Positions 9,420 to 19,700 of a stretch of 44,786 nucleotides of DNA are shown piece after piece; positions within the stretch are counted from its first letter, which is position 1; every line of letters begins with the position of its first letter. Both the position numbers and the translations under genes were made by a program. The notes beneath the pieces were generated by a model, which saw only the letters and a program-made list of their open reading frames with translations, did not search any database and was not told the origin of the DNA. The stretch is taken from assembly GCA_000004985.1 (NCBI GenBank), contig GG738965.1; one strand, 5' to 3'. Source of the stretch: Naegleria gruberi (Eukaryota).

Positions 9420-9911
9420 ATGTCAAACTTTGTTGATCTACCATCCGAGTTGCAAATTGAAATATTTTCCAATCTCTCTGTTAAACATTTAAAAAACATT
9501 CTTTCTATTAACAAATCAACTCATGAGCAATTGGTTCAATCAGAAACTTTTTGGAGAACTTTGATCAAGAATTATTCGAAATTGTTAGGAAGTGATTCTA
9601 GAGTTGAAAAATCAGTACAAGAATTATTAGAAATTGCAGAAATCAAGAAAAAATTCATTGAATTGATAGAAATGAAAAAGAGAACCACTGAAGAATTCCA
9701 AATGACATCTCTGAAATTAAAATACATGTTGAGAGAATTAGAAATGGCTCAGAGAGAAATGCAAGCAGGAAATGAAAGTGTTTTGCTATTAGGAGGAACC
9801 ATCAGCGATCAGCTCAATATTGGAATGGAAAGAATGAAACAAGAATGTGAAAGTGTGAAAAAGGAAAAGGAAGAAATTGAAGAAAAGTTAAGGAAATTGA
9901 TTATTGATTAA
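9420..9911 (+). CDS. F-box domain protein with C-terminal coiled coil, 163 aa
   Basis: ATG at 9420 in context ttaaaaaaaaATG. The track start at 9381 is a GTG codon. F-box consensus LPSELQIEIFSNLSVKHLKNILSINKSTHEQLVQSETFW. The remainder is a Glu/Lys-rich heptad-like region. Stop TAA 9909-9911. Confidence 0.7.
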   Translation: MSNFVDLPSELQIEIFSNLSVKHLKNILSINKSTHEQLVQSETFWRTLIKNYSKLLGSDSRVEKSVQELLEIAEIKKKFIELIEMKKRTTEEFQMTSLKLKYMLRELEMAQREMQAGNESVLLLGGTISDQLNIGMERMKQECESVKKEKEEIEEKLRKLIID

Positions 9912-9975
9912 TACAATTTCAAATAAATATTTAACAAAATATCCTCCCATGCCAGAAGAATGAAAAATACAATAT

Positions 9976-10569
9976 TTATGTACAAGGATTATCTCGTGCT
10001 GCATCTTCATTGTCTTCATCATCTTCATTCTTATCGAACATGTACTCCAATGCACAATCTACCTTACCCGTTTTCCATTTAGAACGCAGTGATATGTATG
10101 CTTGCAATTGTTTTTCTGTTAATCAGGCAAATTTTTGTTCCTCTCTTCAAGTTGTTTCAATTCAATTGTTTGTAATGAGATGGCATCACTAATTTCATTA
10201 GAACATTTCTTATCTTCCTCAGCAGCTAATGTAATTCCAAATTCCTCAACTATTACATCCTCTTGTTGCTCTCTGTCAAAGTCTCCTTCAAAGTTTAAAG
10301 GAGTTTAATTAATGTCTTTAACAAACCAAGGAAGAATAGTGGTACAATGTTCCGAAACATTGATGAAAACCTCACTCGAAATTAATCCCTTACCAAAGAT
10401 TAATGAGCGCAATAGTTTTTGGGAGGGAGTGGTAGGTCTACTCTTTGTTTAGGATGAGATGGAGATGATACAGTGTGTTGTTTCCTTTGTGGAGTTCCTT
10501 TCTTGTTATTACAAAACATTTCGAATAATTATTTGAAATTCTTAAAGTGCGAACAGACAAAGTGGACAT
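9976..10569 (-). other. minus-strand coding-like segments: unresolved multi-exon gene or decayed gene
   Basis: Reverse strand gives an A-context ATG at 10569 (MSTLSVRTLRISNNYSKCF...). In other frames it gives EVFINVSEHCTTILPWFVKDIN, FEGDFDREQQEDVIVEEFGITLAAEEDKKCSNEISDAISLQTIELKQLEERNKNL, and an acidic terminus KQLQAYISLRSKWKTGKVDCALEYMFDKNEDDEDNEDAARDNPCT* (stop = plus tta 9976-9978). The plus strand is clearly antisense-like (runs of tcttcatcatc). I could not place GT..AG introns of plausible length to join the frames. Confidence 0.25.
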
Positions 10570-10705
10570 TTCAGTTTCCAGCGCCTCTATTGTGCTATGA
10601 GTTTGAGAGAAACATTTCTTTTTTTCTCAACTTTAATTGTAAATCATATAAAATAATAATTTGTAAATAAAAAACATAAGAATCTTCTTTGAATAAATGA
10701 ATAGT

Positions 10706-12011
10706 TTAGTATGAATAAGGTTGAAAATTGAATACAATCCAAACATAGGTGAATGATCCAACAATAACACAAAACGAGACAAACATGATAATGATTTGAA
10801 TAATAAATCCCAACCATTTCTTTTCCTTCTTAATCATACATAAAATTGTAATGAATGCAAATGAAGTGATCAAGTAAGCAATTGTAATGCAAATAAAATA
10901 ACCTCTTGAAATGGAAATTATTTTGAATGCCATGACAATTCCACACAATCCTTCAAATATAGCAAGTAATATTAAATAACCAATGAGTAGAAATATGGCA
11001 TTCAATCTATAAACATGTTCTTGATTAACTAAATTGTTGTCACATGTCTCTTCATTATTCACCTGTTCTTGATTCGAATTGTTTTGAGGAGTATAACTCA
11101 TGTCAAGTTTAGAATTAAATAAAGTTTGCTTGATGGTGTGTAAGTGCTTTCTCAGTTTTACAGAGATTGTCTCTTTGAAAGTAATCATCTCTTGATTCGA
11201 TTTCTTCTTTCCATTCTTTTTTTCCTTAATCCATAAAAGTAATTTTTCACCAAGAGTAATTTTAGGAACATTCGAATACAGAGCTCTATAGAATGGCATT
11301 ATAAATTCCAATAAAGAAAGTAAAAGTAATGAAGAAATCAATGGTTGAAAGAAATTGAAAATATTCCACTTTCCAAATGTCTTTTCATACTTTACAATAA
11401 TTGGAATTAAATAAAGTAAATGNNNNNNNNNNNNNNNNNNNNNNNNNNNNNNNNNNNNNNNNNNNNNNNNNNNNNNNNNNNNNNNNNNNNNNNNNNNNNN
11501 NNNNNNNNNNNNNNNNNNNNNNNNNNNNNNNNNNNNNNNNNNNNNNNNNNNNNNNNNNNNNNNNNNNNNNNNNNNNNNNNNNNNNNNNNNNNNNNNNNNN
11601 NNNNNNNNNNNNNNNNNNNNNNNNNNNNNNNNNNNNNNNNNNNNNNNNNNNNNNNNNNNNNNNNNNNNNNNNNNNNNNNNNNNNNNNNNNNNNNNNNNNN
11701 NNNNNNNNNNNNNNNNNNNNNNNNNNNNNNNNNNNNNNNNNNNNNNNNNNNNNNNNNNNNNNNNNNNNNNNATATTCATCTTTTACTCTTGATGGATATT
11801 TTTCAATGAATGAATTATTTCCTAAATTAATAAAAAGAGTTTCTTCTGAATCAGGAGTTTCATGATTATCAGTACTATGAGAATTAGTTTGTGAAAAATT
11901 TAGATCGTTATTGGGTGAGTCAAGTATTGTTTGTATTTCGTCTTGATTATTCTCATTCCGATCATTATTAGAAAGTAAATGTTGTGATTCACCTTCCTCT
12001 TTGTTTGACAT
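10706..12011 (-). CDS. multi-pass membrane protein with hydrophilic N-terminal extension (hypothetical); interior 11423-11771 masked
   Basis: Start ATG at 12011-12009 in context aaaaaaaATGtcaaac (MSNKEEGESQHLLSNNDRNENNQDEIQ...FIEKYPSRVKDEY). After the mask a different frame carries at least six hydrophobic helices and ends VWIVFNFQPYSY* at 10706. The frame change implies an intron or indel inside the mask. The track's MKSISKYEMEMFWKIVRISLKK extension is less likely. Confidence 0.5.
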
Positions 12012-12131
12012 TTTTTTTAAAGAGATTCTTACAATCTTCCAAAACATTTCCATTTCATATTTTGAAATTGATTTCACACCACCTAATAATATATTTAATT
12101 GAATAAAAATTATATTAATTTAATAAAAAAA
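12012..12131. promoter_or_regulatory. 120-nt bidirectional promoter interval between the membrane-protein gene (-) and the GNAT gene (+)
   Basis: Head-to-head ATGs at 12011 (minus) and 12132 (plus) separated by AT-rich sequence with A-runs adjacent to both starts. Confidence 0.4.
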
Positions 12132-12662
12132 ATGAGTAAACCAAGTAGTGATAATAATAATTTCATCACATTCAGAGCAGCAACGGAACAAGATGGACCA
12201 CAAATTCTAGAAATGGTCACTCAAATTCTTACTAAATATGGTCTTAAACAAATTCAAGATCCTTCCGATAATATTGATGATGATTTATTAAATATTGAAA
12301 AGTATTACTTTACAAATAATGGTTATTTAGAAATAGTTGAATTAAATTCCAATTCTTCATCCATTGAATCAAAAATTATTGCCAGTTGTGGAATTTATAA
12401 ATTATCCGAAAGTAAATGTGAATTGAGAAAAATGTATTTGAGAGAGGAATATAGAGGAAAGGGATTAGGTAGAAAATTATTGGAAAGAGCCATAGAAAAA
12501 GCTAAGGAAATGAATTATAAACAAATGGAATTGGAAACTGCTTCTGTTTTAGTGGAGGCACTTGCATTGTATGAAAAATTTGGATTTTCAAGAGTTATTG
12601 ATTGTGAGGATAAACATTTATGTTCAAGATGTGATATTATTATGATTAAAGATTTAGTTTAA
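12132..12662 (+). CDS. GNAT-family N-acetyltransferase, 176 aa
   Basis: ATG 12132 in aaaaaaaATGagt; the track start at 12099 is a TTG codon. Acetyl-CoA binding motif A seen as LRKMYLREEYRGKGLGRKLLERAIEKAKEMNYKQMELET (R/QxxGxG/A), followed by ALYEKFGF, typical of the GNAT fold. Stop TAA 12660-12662. Confidence 0.8.
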   Translation: MSKPSSDNNNFITFRAATEQDGPQILEMVTQILTKYGLKQIQDPSDNIDDDLLNIEKYYFTNNGYLEIVELNSNSSSIESKIIASCGIYKLSESKCELRKMYLREEYRGKGLGRKLLERAIEKAKEMNYKQMELETASVLVEALALYEKFGFSRVIDCEDKHLCSRCDIIMIKDLV

Positions 12663-12709
12663 TGAAAAATATTACCCATCAGCAAAAAATTTCATGGCTC
12701 GCCACGTTA

Positions 12710-12780
12710 CCGTCTCGGGAGGAATCGAACCTCCGTCAATGGATTCAAAGTCCACTATGCTACCATTACACCACGAGACG
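12710..12780 (-). tRNA. tRNA-Gln (anticodon UUG)
   Basis: Reverse complement reads cgtctcg tg gtgtaatggtagcata gtgga cTTTGaa tccat tgac ggagg ttcgatt cctcc cgagacg g. Perfect 7-bp acceptor stem, anticodon loop giving TTG, canonical T-arm GGTTCGATTCC (plus strand shows ggaatcgaacc). T6 (plus a12684-a12689) 20 nt downstream on the minus strand. Confidence 0.85.
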
Positions 12781-13005
12781 AGCACATTCATTATAAAAGT
12801 ATTTCACATTTCCCTACCTCGTTCAATTAAGCTTGTATCATTTTAGTCATCTATATTGTTTGCTTCTAAAATTATACTAAATTCTTGGAATACATGATAA
12901 ACAAGTTATGATTCAAATAATTTCAAACTAGGAAAATGATTGTTGGGTCCAATTAAAATAATAAAAATTAATGGCGTTTCATTTTAGGTATTATATTTCA
13001 AAATA

Positions 13006-13350
13006 TTATTGTGATTGAGCTCCACACCAACTTCCAATCAATCCACTAGCAACAGTATATGCAATCAGAGAAATCCATTCTCCAAACTCATCATCCGAAG
13101 TAAACATCATCATACCCAAACTATTCAATGTAATTGCACATGTACATCCCAATCCAGTTGGCCATCCGATTCCCCATTCCCATTGATAGGCAGCACTAAA
13201 GAAAAAACCCAAAGATACACTCGTCACTGGACAAATTAGTAATGGAGATTGTTTGAAATATTTACATGCTAATAGGAATGTTGGTGCTGATAAAACAAAC
13301 CCACAAATTAAACCAAAAAGAAATACATCACTAGACTTGGCGCGAGACAT
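13006..13350 (-). CDS. small hydrophobic membrane protein, 114 aa, 3-4 predicted TM helices (hypothetical)
   Basis: ATG at 13350-13348 in context ataaaaaATGtct. MSRAKSSDVFLFGLICGFVLSAPTFLL... is continuous to a stop at 13006. Gly/Trp-rich hydrophobic segments; no family assignment possible by eye. Confidence 0.55.
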   Translation of the reverse strand: MSRAKSSDVFLFGLICGFVLSAPTFLLACKYFKQSPLLICPVTSVSLGFFFSAAYQWEWGIGWPTGLGCTCAITLNSLGMMMFTSDDEFGEWISLIAYTVASGLIGSWCGAQSQ

Positions 13351-13421
13351 TTTTTATAGTGGACAACAAGATTGACTTTCTAATTCTTGTTTTAATCTTT
13401 CTATCTAAACAAAATTTCAGA

Positions 13422-13502
13422 CGCAGACTGCAGGATTCGAACCTACGAAGGTTTCCCCAACAGATTTCAAGTCTGTCGCCTTAACCACTCGGCCAAGTCT
13501 GC
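13422..13502 (-). tRNA. tRNA-Ser (anticodon UGA), long variable arm
   Basis: Reverse complement reads gcagact tg gccgagtggttaaggc g acaga cTTGAaa tctgt tggggaaaccttcg gtagg ttcgaat cctgc agtctgc g. Acceptor stem 7/7 paired, anticodon TGA, a 14-nt extra arm characteristic of Ser, T-arm GGTTCGAAT. T4 directly downstream (plus aaaa 13411-13414). Confidence 0.85.
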
Positions 13503-13753
13503 TACGAGTGTTGCCGTAAACATCCAAAAATTGTGCAAACTGGAGAAGAATAGTGTTATGAGCCTTTGAATACATTTAGAAGTTATTGTTGCTTGTTATT
13601 AAAAAATATAATGATGTGAATTGATTGGTTAGAGTACGAATAAGTTCCAATTGTTACATTTTCAAGAATTTAGAAGAATGCTTTTTCTTCCTAATCTGAA
13701 GATTTTTTATTAGTTTCGGTAGTATACTAAAATTTTCATCACACACAAAAAGA

Positions 13754-13789
13754 ATGCCTCCAAGAACAAGATCTGCATCTGGAAAAAGG
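13754..13789 (+). CDS. start of an unknown gene running into the 27-kb masked block
   Basis: ATG in context cacaaaaagaATGcc followed by MPPRTRSASGKR with A/T-ending codons. Only 12 codons are visible before the N run begins. Confidence 0.3.
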
Positions 13790-16700
13790 NNNNNNNNNNN
13801 NNNNNNNNNNNNNNNNNNNNNNNNNNNNNNNNNNNNNNNNNNNNNNNNNNNNNNNNNNNNNNNNNNNNNNNNNNNNNNNNNNNNNNNNNNNNNNNNNNNN
13901 NNNNNNNNNNNNNNNNNNNNNNNNNNNNNNNNNNNNNNNNNNNNNNNNNNNNNNNNNNNNNNNNNNNNNNNNNNNNNNNNNNNNNNNNNNNNNNNNNNNN
14001 NNNNNNNNNNNNNNNNNNNNNNNNNNNNNNNNNNNNNNNNNNNNNNNNNNNNNNNNNNNNNNNNNNNNNNNNNNNNNNNNNNNNNNNNNNNNNNNNNNNN
14101 NNNNNNNNNNNNNNNNNNNNNNNNNNNNNNNNNNNNNNNNNNNNNNNNNNNNNNNNNNNNNNNNNNNNNNNNNNNNNNNNNNNNNNNNNNNNNNNNNNNN
14201 NNNNNNNNNNNNNNNNNNNNNNNNNNNNNNNNNNNNNNNNNNNNNNNNNNNNNNNNNNNNNNNNNNNNNNNNNNNNNNNNNNNNNNNNNNNNNNNNNNNN
14301 NNNNNNNNNNNNNNNNNNNNNNNNNNNNNNNNNNNNNNNNNNNNNNNNNNNNNNNNNNNNNNNNNNNNNNNNNNNNNNNNNNNNNNNNNNNNNNNNNNNN
14401 NNNNNNNNNNNNNNNNNNNNNNNNNNNNNNNNNNNNNNNNNNNNNNNNNNNNNNNNNNNNNNNNNNNNNNNNNNNNNNNNNNNNNNNNNNNNNNNNNNNN
14501 NNNNNNNNNNNNNNNNNNNNNNNNNNNNNNNNNNNNNNNNNNNNNNNNNNNNNNNNNNNNNNNNNNNNNNNNNNNNNNNNNNNNNNNNNNNNNNNNNNNN
14601 NNNNNNNNNNNNNNNNNNNNNNNNNNNNNNNNNNNNNNNNNNNNNNNNNNNNNNNNNNNNNNNNNNNNNNNNNNNNNNNNNNNNNNNNNNNNNNNNNNNN
14701 NNNNNNNNNNNNNNNNNNNNNNNNNNNNNNNNNNNNNNNNNNNNNNNNNNNNNNNNNNNNNNNNNNNNNNNNNNNNNNNNNNNNNNNNNNNNNNNNNNNN
14801 NNNNNNNNNNNNNNNNNNNNNNNNNNNNNNNNNNNNNNNNNNNNNNNNNNNNNNNNNNNNNNNNNNNNNNNNNNNNNNNNNNNNNNNNNNNNNNNNNNNN
14901 NNNNNNNNNNNNNNNNNNNNNNNNNNNNNNNNNNNNNNNNNNNNNNNNNNNNNNNNNNNNNNNNNNNNNNNNNNNNNNNNNNNNNNNNNNNNNNNNNNNN
15001 NNNNNNNNNNNNNNNNNNNNNNNNNNNNNNNNNNNNNNNNNNNNNNNNNNNNNNNNNNNNNNNNNNNNNNNNNNNNNNNNNNNNNNNNNNNNNNNNNNNN
15101 NNNNNNNNNNNNNNNNNNNNNNNNNNNNNNNNNNNNNNNNNNNNNNNNNNNNNNNNNNNNNNNNNNNNNNNNNNNNNNNNNNNNNNNNNNNNNNNNNNNN
15201 NNNNNNNNNNNNNNNNNNNNNNNNNNNNNNNNNNNNNNNNNNNNNNNNNNNNNNNNNNNNNNNNNNNNNNNNNNNNNNNNNNNNNNNNNNNNNNNNNNNN
15301 NNNNNNNNNNNNNNNNNNNNNNNNNNNNNNNNNNNNNNNNNNNNNNNNNNNNNNNNNNNNNNNNNNNNNNNNNNNNNNNNNNNNNNNNNNNNNNNNNNNN
15401 NNNNNNNNNNNNNNNNNNNNNNNNNNNNNNNNNNNNNNNNNNNNNNNNNNNNNNNNNNNNNNNNNNNNNNNNNNNNNNNNNNNNNNNNNNNNNNNNNNNN
15501 NNNNNNNNNNNNNNNNNNNNNNNNNNNNNNNNNNNNNNNNNNNNNNNNNNNNNNNNNNNNNNNNNNNNNNNNNNNNNNNNNNNNNNNNNNNNNNNNNNNN
15601 NNNNNNNNNNNNNNNNNNNNNNNNNNNNNNNNNNNNNNNNNNNNNNNNNNNNNNNNNNNNNNNNNNNNNNNNNNNNNNNNNNNNNNNNNNNNNNNNNNNN
15701 NNNNNNNNNNNNNNNNNNNNNNNNNNNNNNNNNNNNNNNNNNNNNNNNNNNNNNNNNNNNNNNNNNNNNNNNNNNNNNNNNNNNNNNNNNNNNNNNNNNN
15801 NNNNNNNNNNNNNNNNNNNNNNNNNNNNNNNNNNNNNNNNNNNNNNNNNNNNNNNNNNNNNNNNNNNNNNNNNNNNNNNNNNNNNNNNNNNNNNNNNNNN
15901 NNNNNNNNNNNNNNNNNNNNNNNNNNNNNNNNNNNNNNNNNNNNNNNNNNNNNNNNNNNNNNNNNNNNNNNNNNNNNNNNNNNNNNNNNNNNNNNNNNNN
16001 NNNNNNNNNNNNNNNNNNNNNNNNNNNNNNNNNNNNNNNNNNNNNNNNNNNNNNNNNNNNNNNNNNNNNNNNNNNNNNNNNNNNNNNNNNNNNNNNNNNN
16101 NNNNNNNNNNNNNNNNNNNNNNNNNNNNNNNNNNNNNNNNNNNNNNNNNNNNNNNNNNNNNNNNNNNNNNNNNNNNNNNNNNNNNNNNNNNNNNNNNNNN
16201 NNNNNNNNNNNNNNNNNNNNNNNNNNNNNNNNNNNNNNNNNNNNNNNNNNNNNNNNNNNNNNNNNNNNNNNNNNNNNNNNNNNNNNNNNNNNNNNNNNNN
16301 NNNNNNNNNNNNNNNNNNNNNNNNNNNNNNNNNNNNNNNNNNNNNNNNNNNNNNNNNNNNNNNNNNNNNNNNNNNNNNNNNNNNNNNNNNNNNNNNNNNN
16401 NNNNNNNNNNNNNNNNNNNNNNNNNNNNNNNNNNNNNNNNNNNNNNNNNNNNNNNNNNNNNNNNNNNNNNNNNNNNNNNNNNNNNNNNNNNNNNNNNNNN
16501 NNNNNNNNNNNNNNNNNNNNNNNNNNNNNNNNNNNNNNNNNNNNNNNNNNNNNNNNNNNNNNNNNNNNNNNNNNNNNNNNNNNNNNNNNNNNNNNNNNNN
16601 NNNNNNNNNNNNNNNNNNNNNNNNNNNNNNNNNNNNNNNNNNNNNNNNNNNNNNNNNNNNNNNNNNNNNNNNNNNNNNNNNNNNNNNNNNNNNNNNNNNN

Positions 16701-19700
16701 NNNNNNNNNNNNNNNNNNNNNNNNNNNNNNNNNNNNNNNNNNNNNNNNNNNNNNNNNNNNNNNNNNNNNNNNNNNNNNNNNNNNNNNNNNNNNNNNNNNN
16801 NNNNNNNNNNNNNNNNNNNNNNNNNNNNNNNNNNNNNNNNNNNNNNNNNNNNNNNNNNNNNNNNNNNNNNNNNNNNNNNNNNNNNNNNNNNNNNNNNNNN
16901 NNNNNNNNNNNNNNNNNNNNNNNNNNNNNNNNNNNNNNNNNNNNNNNNNNNNNNNNNNNNNNNNNNNNNNNNNNNNNNNNNNNNNNNNNNNNNNNNNNNN
17001 NNNNNNNNNNNNNNNNNNNNNNNNNNNNNNNNNNNNNNNNNNNNNNNNNNNNNNNNNNNNNNNNNNNNNNNNNNNNNNNNNNNNNNNNNNNNNNNNNNNN
17101 NNNNNNNNNNNNNNNNNNNNNNNNNNNNNNNNNNNNNNNNNNNNNNNNNNNNNNNNNNNNNNNNNNNNNNNNNNNNNNNNNNNNNNNNNNNNNNNNNNNN
17201 NNNNNNNNNNNNNNNNNNNNNNNNNNNNNNNNNNNNNNNNNNNNNNNNNNNNNNNNNNNNNNNNNNNNNNNNNNNNNNNNNNNNNNNNNNNNNNNNNNNN
17301 NNNNNNNNNNNNNNNNNNNNNNNNNNNNNNNNNNNNNNNNNNNNNNNNNNNNNNNNNNNNNNNNNNNNNNNNNNNNNNNNNNNNNNNNNNNNNNNNNNNN
17401 NNNNNNNNNNNNNNNNNNNNNNNNNNNNNNNNNNNNNNNNNNNNNNNNNNNNNNNNNNNNNNNNNNNNNNNNNNNNNNNNNNNNNNNNNNNNNNNNNNNN
17501 NNNNNNNNNNNNNNNNNNNNNNNNNNNNNNNNNNNNNNNNNNNNNNNNNNNNNNNNNNNNNNNNNNNNNNNNNNNNNNNNNNNNNNNNNNNNNNNNNNNN
17601 NNNNNNNNNNNNNNNNNNNNNNNNNNNNNNNNNNNNNNNNNNNNNNNNNNNNNNNNNNNNNNNNNNNNNNNNNNNNNNNNNNNNNNNNNNNNNNNNNNNN
17701 NNNNNNNNNNNNNNNNNNNNNNNNNNNNNNNNNNNNNNNNNNNNNNNNNNNNNNNNNNNNNNNNNNNNNNNNNNNNNNNNNNNNNNNNNNNNNNNNNNNN
17801 NNNNNNNNNNNNNNNNNNNNNNNNNNNNNNNNNNNNNNNNNNNNNNNNNNNNNNNNNNNNNNNNNNNNNNNNNNNNNNNNNNNNNNNNNNNNNNNNNNNN
17901 NNNNNNNNNNNNNNNNNNNNNNNNNNNNNNNNNNNNNNNNNNNNNNNNNNNNNNNNNNNNNNNNNNNNNNNNNNNNNNNNNNNNNNNNNNNNNNNNNNNN
18001 NNNNNNNNNNNNNNNNNNNNNNNNNNNNNNNNNNNNNNNNNNNNNNNNNNNNNNNNNNNNNNNNNNNNNNNNNNNNNNNNNNNNNNNNNNNNNNNNNNNN
18101 NNNNNNNNNNNNNNNNNNNNNNNNNNNNNNNNNNNNNNNNNNNNNNNNNNNNNNNNNNNNNNNNNNNNNNNNNNNNNNNNNNNNNNNNNNNNNNNNNNNN
18201 NNNNNNNNNNNNNNNNNNNNNNNNNNNNNNNNNNNNNNNNNNNNNNNNNNNNNNNNNNNNNNNNNNNNNNNNNNNNNNNNNNNNNNNNNNNNNNNNNNNN
18301 NNNNNNNNNNNNNNNNNNNNNNNNNNNNNNNNNNNNNNNNNNNNNNNNNNNNNNNNNNNNNNNNNNNNNNNNNNNNNNNNNNNNNNNNNNNNNNNNNNNN
18401 NNNNNNNNNNNNNNNNNNNNNNNNNNNNNNNNNNNNNNNNNNNNNNNNNNNNNNNNNNNNNNNNNNNNNNNNNNNNNNNNNNNNNNNNNNNNNNNNNNNN
18501 NNNNNNNNNNNNNNNNNNNNNNNNNNNNNNNNNNNNNNNNNNNNNNNNNNNNNNNNNNNNNNNNNNNNNNNNNNNNNNNNNNNNNNNNNNNNNNNNNNNN
18601 NNNNNNNNNNNNNNNNNNNNNNNNNNNNNNNNNNNNNNNNNNNNNNNNNNNNNNNNNNNNNNNNNNNNNNNNNNNNNNNNNNNNNNNNNNNNNNNNNNNN
18701 NNNNNNNNNNNNNNNNNNNNNNNNNNNNNNNNNNNNNNNNNNNNNNNNNNNNNNNNNNNNNNNNNNNNNNNNNNNNNNNNNNNNNNNNNNNNNNNNNNNN
18801 NNNNNNNNNNNNNNNNNNNNNNNNNNNNNNNNNNNNNNNNNNNNNNNNNNNNNNNNNNNNNNNNNNNNNNNNNNNNNNNNNNNNNNNNNNNNNNNNNNNN
18901 NNNNNNNNNNNNNNNNNNNNNNNNNNNNNNNNNNNNNNNNNNNNNNNNNNNNNNNNNNNNNNNNNNNNNNNNNNNNNNNNNNNNNNNNNNNNNNNNNNNN
19001 NNNNNNNNNNNNNNNNNNNNNNNNNNNNNNNNNNNNNNNNNNNNNNNNNNNNNNNNNNNNNNNNNNNNNNNNNNNNNNNNNNNNNNNNNNNNNNNNNNNN
19101 NNNNNNNNNNNNNNNNNNNNNNNNNNNNNNNNNNNNNNNNNNNNNNNNNNNNNNNNNNNNNNNNNNNNNNNNNNNNNNNNNNNNNNNNNNNNNNNNNNNN
19201 NNNNNNNNNNNNNNNNNNNNNNNNNNNNNNNNNNNNNNNNNNNNNNNNNNNNNNNNNNNNNNNNNNNNNNNNNNNNNNNNNNNNNNNNNNNNNNNNNNNN
19301 NNNNNNNNNNNNNNNNNNNNNNNNNNNNNNNNNNNNNNNNNNNNNNNNNNNNNNNNNNNNNNNNNNNNNNNNNNNNNNNNNNNNNNNNNNNNNNNNNNNN
19401 NNNNNNNNNNNNNNNNNNNNNNNNNNNNNNNNNNNNNNNNNNNNNNNNNNNNNNNNNNNNNNNNNNNNNNNNNNNNNNNNNNNNNNNNNNNNNNNNNNNN
19501 NNNNNNNNNNNNNNNNNNNNNNNNNNNNNNNNNNNNNNNNNNNNNNNNNNNNNNNNNNNNNNNNNNNNNNNNNNNNNNNNNNNNNNNNNNNNNNNNNNNN
19601 NNNNNNNNNNNNNNNNNNNNNNNNNNNNNNNNNNNNNNNNNNNNNNNNNNNNNNNNNNNNNNNNNNNNNNNNNNNNNNNNNNNNNNNNNNNNNNNNNNNN

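Noticed and set aside
8421-10670. 60-65-aa ORFs at 8421-8603, 10010-10192, 10473-10670 and 13015-13239
   Set aside because: Too short, with no start context or homology. Those at 10010-10192 and 10473-10670 are antisense to the minus-strand coding-like region, and 13015-13239 is antisense to the small membrane-protein gene.
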